Of a DNA stretch of 64,000 nucleotides, positions 54,421 to 64,000 are shown piece by piece; the stretch's first letter is position 1; every line of letters begins with the position of its first letter. The translations under genes were made by a program, and so were the position numbers. Below the pieces are notes generated by a model. That model was not told the origin of the DNA and made no database searches. It saw nothing but the letters and a program-made list of their open reading frames with translations. The stretch is from Moniliella sp. 'wahieum' (taxonomy: Eukaryota), in the NCBI GenBank assembly GCA_003971905.1, contig RSEE01000019.1:186001-250000 (forward strand), read 5' to 3'.

Positions 54421-55620
54421 ATCAGTGCACGTCACACACTGAGCAACTGCTGCCCAGGATAACACTCGCCCCGTTCTATGTTGTGGCGAGGCTTGGGCCA
54501 GTGTATTTCCAAGCTACTGCACTGGCGGGGCCCTTCCAAAGTCCCGTACAAGTGTGTTGTGGGGCCCGCAAGCTTTTCAAGCTTCAGCGCGCTCAGCGCT
54601 TCAGCACTCCAACTTCGTCGACAACATTTACTGACACAAAAGAGTATAGTTTCTGACTTGGTAGTAGATTACAGGTCGTACCCCCGTAGGATGGAGGCTG
54701 TATAAACCGTTGGCCAAACAGGGATGGGGCGAGAACCACGCGGTTATATCTCATGCGTGTGGATAGTCGCGCCCAAAACCGGCCACTGTCATTATAAGCT
54801 GCCTCAGGCCTTGGCCTCAGGCATCACTAGCATCACTAGCACTGGCAATTGCAATGTGTGGTCTTGCGAAAATGGAAATGACGCCTCCCGGGTACGGCCT
54901 TTGGTGGTGAATGCGGAGTTGTGTGTGCAGTGCTTTTTGGCGACTGCGGAGTATGTTGCAGTGTGCATGTTTTGCACACACTACGCGAGAAGAGTCACTG
55001 GTACGATACTCACAGTCACTGTATATTGTCACTAAAAGGGGTTTCATCGCCACGAAACGCTCTTTGCAGGTCCTATATTCATCGATGTGGACGTTCAACG
55101 CGTTCACCACATTGCAAATTAACACTATTCCATGCGGTACATTGGGCCTCAGGCTGAGGGCTGAGGCCTGACCTCAAGCCTCTCAGGGTAGTAAAATCCC
55201 CCGTCGACATCATGCTTGAGGTACAGGAGAGGGAACGCACATATAGCTGTGCAAGAGGCTTCTGCCGAGTGATGGCCCGAAAACAAGGTGTAGTACTATT
55301 ACCTCTTCACTCCGAAGCACGCAGTATAAGGCCATATCAATCCAACTGTCCTCCAACCGTCGGTCCCCTCAAAATTCATGTGCACTGGTACATGCAGTGC
55401 AGCTGTCTATACCGTTGTATAGTGTCTCGCCTCACGCGTCGCATTAGCCCCCCGCGATCACCCCACGTCTTTCCACAGTGGTAAGCCATGTGCTGTTATG
55501 CCGAGAGAGACAAATATAGGTGAGTTTTGGATAGGACACTCGCTTCTTCTGCCCGTTAAAAGAAGGAGGCAGTGAGACTCTTTTGTATCGGTATCGGCCG
55601 GTATAACGATGATAAGTGCG

Positions 55621-55780
55621 TGTTGACATCCGTCCTAGGACCGCGCGGACCCTGAGTCACGTGAGTCAGCTTTCATTCCTTCCGAGCTCGCACCAGTCTT
55701 CTGGACGAGTCAGTCGCAGAAGCTTCTTAGTCCAATACGACGTTCAGTGCTCACATTCTGTGGTAGTAGCGAGGCCGACA
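55621..55780 (+). repeat. 5' LTR
   Basis: Direct repeat of 60488-60647. Confidence 0.98.
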
Positions 55781-55832
55781 GAGTTACATCCTTATCTGCT
55801 CATCCCTGAGCTGGCCAAAACTACACCCACCC

Positions 55833-57069
55833 ATGGCGCCAACGCTAACACCGATCTCTCGGTCAGCGACACCACAATGGTGAACAAGCGCGATTACTGG
55901 ACACCAACCGGTCGCGATCCGCCACCGATTGGCACCGACAACGAGGAACTCATGATGCTTTGCGCCGAAGCGCACCTGTGGTTCAAGAAGACGAACGACA
56001 TCGATGTCGTTAAAGAGAAGATCAACAGAGCTATACACGACAGAGCCGAGTGGCTTGGATGGAAGGACGAACCTACGTCTATCACGACAAACTGGGTTCG
56101 ACGGGCTACGAATTTGTGGTGCAAAACATCCACCAAATGGAAACTCAACCCAACGCAACTTTGGGGGCACCTACAGGCGCAGCCTCGCGACCCGAGTACG
56201 ACCTTTACAGATCACTACGCGAGTCTCCCACCAAGAATATCAAGTGGCCTGATCTGAACAAAGACCCGTCCGCCTACAGCGCTTGGAACGAATTTCTCTT
56301 CGCGATAAAGATGCCCACCCCCACGCAAGCGACGTCGTCCAGAATGGTCGCAGCTCCCGCTACTTCACCGAGGACCTCGACAGACGCTTGCACAACCTTC
56401 TTAGGGAAGCCATGCCGTCAACCCTCTTCCGGACGATCCGCACCCACCACGAAATATCATGCACCCAGGACACGCTGAACATGCTGCGTCAGCGGTATGG
56501 ATATACGCCTACCGCAAACAGAGGGCCTCTACTCATTCGCTACTTTCGGCCCGACCAAGGAAACCGATCGGGTCGAGACTACCTCGACTACATGGAAGAG
56601 ATCAGTGCAAGCCTGACGCGAGCGGGCATCCCACTTACGGAAGAGCAGGAACGCACTGGGATCCTACTCGGCTTACGCGACATGAGCATTCGCCAGCGTG
56701 AAGAGCGCTCGAGTCTAGACAAGTTACGGCAGGCCGTGATGGACATACCAGCCGCCACGTATCCCGTGGAGAAAAAGAGAAACGGAGGCAAGCCGGTCAA
56801 CGGAGGAACGCCTTGGACTCGACCCGACAGCGGGGGACGACCCACCAGCGGGGGAAAAAACTCCAGCGGGGGCAAAGCCGGCGACGACAACCTCGCGGAC
56901 ACAAAGACCAAGGGGCAAGACCGCACCAACCAACCCTGGCGCAGCGCGACGTCTAATAAACCTGTTGTCCTCCGCGCAACCCAGGCCGAGCCAACGCTCA
57001 CGTCGCTCAGAAGCGAGCTCTCCCGAGTCTGAAGTGATTGACGTTGATGCGGGCACAGCTGACTACTAG
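55833..57069 (+). CDS. gag: Copia Gag (frameshifted in the assembly)
   Basis: ORFs 55616..56257 and 56283..57032; DYLDYMEEISASLTRAGIPLTEE..ILLGL is UBN2-like. Confidence 0.75.
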
Positions 57070-60000
57070 GAACTCGGGGGCGAAATGCGAATCATCCGGG
57101 CATTATATGACAGTGGGGATTCCATCCATTTGGAAACAAATCCGTCTTCACATCCATGACCCCTTGCGACGACGAGATAGGTTGCTAACGGGACACATGT
57201 AAAGGCGGAAGGACGAGGCACGGCCACAATCCGTATCCGATGCTTAGGAGACACCAAATGGAGATAAAACTCCCCAACAGCCTATACATGCCCCGTTGTC
57301 CCGAAATCTCGTCAGTGTAGCACACCTGTCGAACACCGGAATCGCATCATACTTCGCCCCACACCAGAAGGGTATCTGGCTTGGTAACCCAGGATCCACC
57401 CTACGAAAAGTAACCGGCAGTGACTATCAATTCACGATCTTACACAACCCGCGAACGCCACCCACACCCCTGCGGGCCATGGCGACCAAACCGATCAAAC
57501 CGGCCGACCCACCCTCACCCCAAACTCCCTCGCAGCATCCCTGGCCCTGGACCACGTCTCTAAAGCCCACAAACGCTGGAACCACGCAGCCATCGACCTC
57601 CTCCCCTGGCTTACACGATCGGAAACCGCAGGCCTCCGCGTCACAGCCAAGCATATCTCCCTCTGTCGTTCAGAGTGGGATTGCCCACATGCGCGGTGGC
57701 ACTAGCGACAGCATCGCCCCATCCGAGCCGGGACCGCCTCCGATCCAAAGACCTTTCGAGGTCCTCCACGTCGACGTAGTAGACCTCCCCCGGGTAACCG
57801 GCATGGGGCACGGATACGCCCTCGTCGCCGTTGATGACTTCACGCGGTACGTCTTCACCACACGATCCCGACAAAGGGCGCTGCAACGAAGGAACTGCGG
57901 AACCTCATATTGCGGGAGCAACGCTACGGCCCGGACAGACTGCTGCGGACTTTGCGCACGGACAACGCCCCGAATTGACAAGCGCACTGCAACCTTTTCT
58001 GGACGAGCAAGGCATCACGTCAGAACGACATCCCGGGGCAGAGTGCTAGCAACGGTTGGCTGAGCGTGCCATCCGAACCATAACGACTCGTGCAAGGCAG
58101 TTGCTCTGGGTACAGGTCTTCCGACGTCGGACTGGTGGAACACAGCCTCCACGCTGCTGCTTCACCCAAAACCAAATGCCACTCAAAACATCCGGGGAAG
58201 ACAACAAATCGCGATTTGAGCGATACAAAGGCCACGCATACTCGTTACCGATGCAACCCTTTGGCCGCGTTGCATACCTCCATCTGCCCGAGTCACGCCG
58301 CGAGCACAAGCTCAGCGCGCGGGCAGAGGAAGGTATGCTGGTAGGATACCACCATCAGCGCGGATCAAAGGGATGGCTCTTCGCCACATACCAACCATCC
58401 CTGGGTACCTTCACCTACCGCTGGTCGAAACCGTACAAATGGGGCAACGCCATCTACCCCCATCTCCACCCCGACCACTTCCCACCCGACATCTCCAAAT
58501 CACCTCAAATTAAAATCGACAGTGAAAAAGACGCTAACCCTACTCCGCCAGCCGCGGCAGCACCCATGCCCCGAACCGCCGCCACACCCCAGACACCCGC
58601 TCCCACCACCACCCCCCCTCCGCGCCGCTACCCCTCCGCCAGCGCACCACCCGCACCTCCCTCGACCTGCACACACTCCCAATCGCTGACGACCCCACCG
58701 ACACGACCTACCATGCTCGTGCTGCAGCCGCCACGCCCCACTGCGCCGCACCAGAGATCGGCATCGCCCGCCCCCTACCTGACACATCCGCCCCCCCGTT
58801 TGCCGACACAGTTCAACCTCCCGAATACGCCGCCATGACTGCTCTCAGCGCACCCATCCACCCGGACACGGTTCAGCTCACCAAGGATGGCGTACCCCTC
58901 GCTCCCAAGACGCTCAAGGGTCTCGAGACTCACCCCTCCTTTGCCATGGTCAAGCAGGCTATGGCCGACGAGGTGGCCACACTCGCGCGATACGGCACCT
59001 ACGAGGCTACGTACCCACCACCGGGTGCACAAATCCTCATAGGACTATGGCGCATCACCACAAAGACGGACGCCGAGGGCCGGTTCCTGCGCCACCGCGC
59101 GCGCTTTGTCGCGGGCGGACACCAACAATCGGCCGAGACTTGGGGCCAGACGTTCGCACCATCGGTGCGCACACCTGCCATCCTGACCCTCGTCGTGCTG
59201 GCCGAGAAGTATAAGTTTGGCCTCTTCTCGGCGGACGTCAATGCAGCGTACCTGAACGCCCCCCTCGAAGAAGCAGTCTACATCCGCCCACCCCCCTACT
59301 TCCCCGAAGCGGGTGGTCGCGTGTGGCGTCTCAAGAAGAGTCTATACGGGCTACATCAGAGCGGAGCAAACTGGGCACGATACATCCGGAACCTGCTGCG
59401 TGACAAGCTCGGCTTCACGCAAAGCTTGACCGAGCCCTGCTTGTTCGTGCGCGCTGCACCACCGGGTGAGCAGATCCTCCTGGCGGTCCACACCGACGAT
59501 CTGCTCCTCGCATGCAAGTCACACCAAAAGTACGAGGAGTTTATGGCCGAGATAAACACACACATTGATGTTCGTGGTAACGGTCCCCTTCACTACCACC
59601 TGGGATGCCAATACGATCGGATCGGTGGGGAGCTGTACCTGAGCCAACCAAAGTTCATCGAGGAAGTGGTGGCAAAGCACCACATCAAAGCCCCGTGGAT
59701 CCGGACTCTCCCACATCCCGTACGGATGATACCGCCCCGTGCCGACCCTGAACCCCCATCCCTCCCAGCCTTGCGCAAGGCATATCAGGGGAAGATCGGA
59801 TCGGGACTGTGGGCTGCACGAATGGGCCGGCCTGACTCCCTCTTCGCTATCACGGCCCTCAGCAGAGCCGCTGCCGACCCATCGCAGCAGCATCATCAAG
59901 CAGTCGATGACTTCCTTCGCTACCTGTACCATACTCGAGGAAAGGGCCTGAGGTTGACCCCAACATCAGATGCACCGGCCATTGCGCTGTATACAGATTC

Positions 60001-60493
60001 CGACTTGGCGGGAGATCCCATCCAGGCACGCTCCACATCTGGATGCCTACTGATGGTGTACGGTGTGCCGGTGTCGTGGCGATCCATTCTTCAGCCGAAG
60101 AGCGTTACCAGTACCGCCGCCGCCGAATATACGGCAGGATATGATGGACTGGTTGACGCCAACTATGTCAAGAACATCATGATCGAGCTTGGGGCCATCG
60201 GCGAGGGTACACCCATTCATTGGTATTGCGACAATAAGTCTGTCGTCGATCTCGCCCACAAATTTGGCAGCACCGGCAAGCTCCGAGAGCTGAAGATCCG
60301 GTACCACAATGTACGGCAACACGTGGACTCGGGCGAGGCCATACTTGTACACATCCCCGGCGAAAGGAACCCAGCGGACGTCCTCACCAAGCCTCTCGGC
60401 CGTCCCGCCCTGACAAGCCATCTTGCTCAACTCCGCGTCGAGGAGATGGATCCAGTCCACATGACTGGGCCCTCCGGTCAGCGGGGGTGTTGA
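57070..60493 (+). CDS. pol: Copia Pol: protease, integrase, reverse transcriptase, RNase H
   Basis: LYDSGDSIH and VANG (PR); LHVDV, VDDFTRY, LRTDNAPE, AERAIRTI (IN); RARFVAGG, DVNAAYL, LKKSLYGLHQSG, HTDD (RT); YTDSD..RSTSG, AEY, CDNKS, NPADVLTK (RH). The stop lies inside the 3' LTR. Confidence 0.95.
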
Positions 60494-60647
60494 CATCCGT
60501 CCTAGGACCGCGCGGACCCTGAGTCACGTGAGTCAGCTTTCATTCCTTCCGAGCTCGCACCAGTCTTCTGGACGAGTCAGTCGCAGAAGCTTCTTAGTCC
60601 AATACGACGTTCAGTGCTCACATTCTGTGGTAGTAGCGAGGCCGACA
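60488..60647 (+). repeat. 3' LTR
   Basis: Direct repeat of 55621-55780. Confidence 0.98.
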
Positions 60648-60983
60648 GTGCGAACTGTGTCTTTGAGTCCAGAGGCTTTTCCTCTTTAAAGATTGTTCAC
60701 ATGCACCATAATGGATGAACACCAGGCGTGACTGTTGGTGGGTTTTGTGGTCAAGCTTCGCATGTTGTCTTGCGGATATAGCACTGCCACACCCTGGCAC
60801 AGACGGTCTGAACCATCAGAAGGAGCACTCCCTTATGCTGCCGCCTGCAGCCAAGGATTGGTCATTGCCGGTCATGCAATCACAACGTTGTGTGGGCTAC
60901 ATAGGATAGCTTCATAATTCCAAGAAGAATCACATCCTCGTCGGCTGGATGCCGCGTTCATTAGTTGGACCCACTCAGTGAGA

Positions 60984-60990
60984 TATAAAA
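60984..60990 (+). promoter_or_regulatory. TATA box of the aquaglyceroporin gene
   Basis: TATAAAA about 80 bp upstream of ATG 61067. Confidence 0.55.
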
Positions 60991-61066
60991 GTAAACACAG
61001 CCAGCTCCCTCGTTTCTAATCTTCCCCATCCTATTTCCCCCAGCTCTTCGGCCGTGTTCTGCCAAG

Positions 61067-62305
61067 ATGTACGATTCGTCGGAAAACGAGCAGTTTATCC
61101 ACCAGCTGCAGGCCATGATCCGCAGCGAGGTGCAGCATGCCATGGACGAGTCTCAAGCAAAAACTATTAGCCAGCTTAAGGCCCACGGTGACAACTTCAA
61201 CTTGCATTACGAGAAGGATGCTGTTGTGCTTGAACCTCGCAGTGCAGTCCGTGAAGACGGCGTTTTCACCGCTGAGCCGGCCATTGAAAACCAAGCCAAC
61301 GATCACGCGCTTCACAACGAACGTCTGGTGTTTCCCAACCCGTGGGTGCGTATTCGCTGGCACTTGCGTGAACCATTTGCGGAGTGCATTGGCACCTTTA
61401 TGCTTGTCTTCTTCGGCACGGCGGTGAACTGCCAAGTCAATGTTTCGGCGGCGTTGCTTGGTAACGACAGTGCCAAGGGCAACTGGCTTAGTGACTGCTT
61501 TGCGTGGGGTGTGGGAATTGGCTTGGGTGCCTGGATGTCGGGTGGAATTACAGGTGGTCACATCAATCCCGGTACGTGAACTAAAACCATTTTATCGGGG
61601 AAGTTCATCAACTGACCTTTTATCTCTACTCTTATCCGCTTAGCCGTCACCCTCGCTATGGCTGTTTTTCGCAAGTTTCCCTGGAAAAAGGTACCTGTGT
61701 ACTGGGCCGCACAAGTGCTCGGTGGCATCCTCGCTGCTTTGGTCACCTACAGTATCTACTGCAACCCCATCCGGATGGTCGATCCAGAGCAGACACAGAA
61801 GACCGCATCGAACTTCGCCACATTCCCTGCGGGCAATTGGCTCGAGACGCCCAGCACACGGATTAGTACTTGGTGGAACGAGTGCTTCGGCACGATGATT
61901 CTAATTATGACGGTGTTAGCTGTCGGTGACTCCGCGAACAACGCGCCTCCCAATGGAATGGCGCCATTGGTGCTTCTCTTCATGCTGGCCGGACTTGCCA
62001 TGGCAATCGGATGGCAGACAGCGTTTGCGTTCAACCCAGCCCGCGACTTTGGTCCTCGTGTGGCAATGTGGATTGTGGGCTACCCCAAGCACGTCCTTTG
62101 GACTCGAGACGCATGGTACTGGATCTGGACCCCAATCATTGGTCCCTTGTCGGGTGGATTGTTTGGCGCTTTCATTTACGACGCTTTCATCTATACTGGT
62201 TCCGAATCGTGGCTAAACGCTCCATGGTTTGGCCACAAACTTCCTGAGGTCGCTTCCGATTTTACCGACCCTGAGACGCAGCAGGGGTCTTCCATTCAGA
62301 AGTAA
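61067..62305 (+). CDS. Aquaglyceroporin (MIP family, GlpF/Fps1-like)
   Basis: AECIGTFMLVFFG; GGHINP|AVT across intron 61572-61643; FPWKKVPVY; AFNPARDFGPR; WIWTPIIGPLSGG. Confidence 0.96.
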
Positions 62306-64000
62306 GACCATCAGATATTGATCCTCGCACTAAAAAACGCACCATCAATACTATCTCGCGGGTATATTGCCCCTCTTTTTCGCGTCTCATCACACTCGTC
62401 ACTTGAACATTCACTATCCTTCGCATGCACTCATATGATGCGCCGTCTCGAGCGGTGGGGCGCCCCCCCCATTCCATTGCCTACATCATATTTGTGTGTG
62501 CTCGCTTTTTTGCATCCGCAACTTGGGGTATTGGTATGCCCTCTTTTGGGGGATTATACGAGGCTGTGTAGGTATAATCCCCTCTCCATATAGTCCTGTT
62601 GCTCCTCTCCCTCTCATCGAAGAATTGTCGACCGTCCACACTTTTGAACAGCTGTTCTGGTAATTTTGCCCTTTTTGTATCTCATGGGCTCTGTTCAGCG
62701 CTTGTTTTCGCTCCCCCCTTTGCCTCTTCCTGTCTCGTGCATGCCATGCCTTGCTTCTGGTCCAACGTCCCACACATTGAATCGTTTTAACGGAACTGTT
62801 ATCGGTAATCATTTTTTTTCCGCGTTAATAGCTCGTGACCTACGCCTGCTGATGTGACCCGATTCCAGTTGTCTCTGTTCCGGTCGCTTATGTGTCAGAC
62901 TCCCCATCTTCTTTTTTGTGTGGCATATATTGCACCCGCACCCAGTCCACCTTTTTGGTGCATTGCATTATGAGGCGGTGCGGGAGCCTATTCTACCAAC
63001 CGTGCCCTCCATCCCTGACACCCACGTCCACAACGAGCCAACTGGGGGAAAAGGAGAAGGGATAAGAGGTGGGAGCAACGAAGGCGATGCCTGTGACTGC
63101 CGAGTGATGGGGCCGGGAGCATTCATGGTAAGAGGATCAGGAATGGAGGTGGACGGCACGTGCAGGACTCGGGAAGACTGGTGTCGATGTTTGCGTACCG
63201 GATGGTGGTACATCAGAGCACTGCGACCCTTTGAAACACCCTAGAAGGAGCTGCTTCGGCTGTTGGAACAAGCAGAAAATGAGACAAGAATGCCAAGGAC
63301 CAGCACGGACGCACCCAAGGATAACACTTCTTCACTCAGGTGATGACGATGTGACCTCACGAGGATATGCTATGCCACCAAGACAGCGAGCAAGAAGTTT
63401 GGACGCTGGAAAGAATAAAGGCTTTTCATTTAGAAGTGCTTTCCCTTTTGGAGAACGAGGATCTACTCACTGTGTTTATCGAGCTTGAACACTACTGACG
63501 GATCAGAACGGGGCGAGAGGCGAGGTGAGGCCTTTCAGTTGGGGCGTCGGCTCCCGTGGCAACGTTGTGTATGCACCGGAAAGAGCAGCAAGAGCGTATC
63601 CGTAGGCACAGAACCTTTTGAAAGGTTTTGGCCGGAAGGCAGTGATATACAGACAAAGAGACAGGGTCGGAGAGGTCCTGTCACGGACAATTTAACTTTT
63701 GTAGAGAATCGCAGCGGGATCCGTACTACAGACTCGGACACTGAAAGTTGGAGGGAGTGGATGGACAGCAAAGAATGTCTAGACGATAGGATTCCGAAAT
63801 AGGAAGAGGCAGTCGCTGAATCAACTCGGCAGTGGGACTGCTGGTGAGCTAGGGAGAGTAACGTGGGTGTTGTCTGGTGGGTCAACTAAGGATGGATTCT
63901 CACGGATATGGTGTTACAAATTGACCCGCTGATAGGAGAATGAACGCAGAACAGAGGGTATACAGACAGGAACTTTAAGGAAGCAAATACTACAACGTAC

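Larger units (their letters stand above)
55621..60647 (+). mobile_element. Full-length young Ty1/copia LTR retrotransposon
   Basis: 160-bp LTRs at 55621-55780 and 60488-60647, identical by eye, TG..CA ends; TSD GTGCG at 55616-55620 and 60648-60652; domain order gag-PR-IN-RT-RH; short G-run PPT. Confidence 0.98.

Noticed and set aside
62400..64000. Short ORFs at the end of the window
   Set aside because: No recognisable motifs or consistent coding signal.

Overview
A fungal genomic window, probably basidiomycete and Ustilaginomycotina-like, judged from short GT..CTRAC..AG introns and a Cib1/Hac1-type bZIP. Almost every conserved gene has 1-nt frameshifts, so this looks like an unpolished long-read assembly and gene boundaries are approximate. 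Genes, in order: EFM4-type methyltransferase, tRNA-Trp, a DUF6533-like membrane protein, an Rsc58/BRD9-like protein, MutY glycosylase, an alpha/beta hydrolase, Hac1/Cib1, a 5xC2H2 zinc-finger factor, a SAP18-like protein, Rat1/Xrn2, an RGG-LRR protein, DUF4202, tRNA-Asn, a decayed Ty1/copia element, a LisH/LUFS (Flo8-like) factor with about 100 AQ repeats, PET100, OST3/6, a RING E3, RPL26, a BCP peroxiredoxin with a long disordered tail, a young full-length Ty1/copia element (identical 160-bp LTRs, 5-bp TSD) and an aquaglyceroporin. Three signals stand out. (1) Non-coding DNA repeatedly follows a period-7 rule, (TNA + 4-bp palindrome)n, in which the palindrome changes while the phase is kept. 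(2) The Hac1 gene has a 19-nt IRE1-type intron whose removal opens an acidic C-terminal frame. (3) The copia lineage has an unusual PBS shared by both copies (possible tRNA-Thr(UGU) half-molecule priming), an HTDD reverse-transcriptase motif and a possible gag-pol TAG readthrough.
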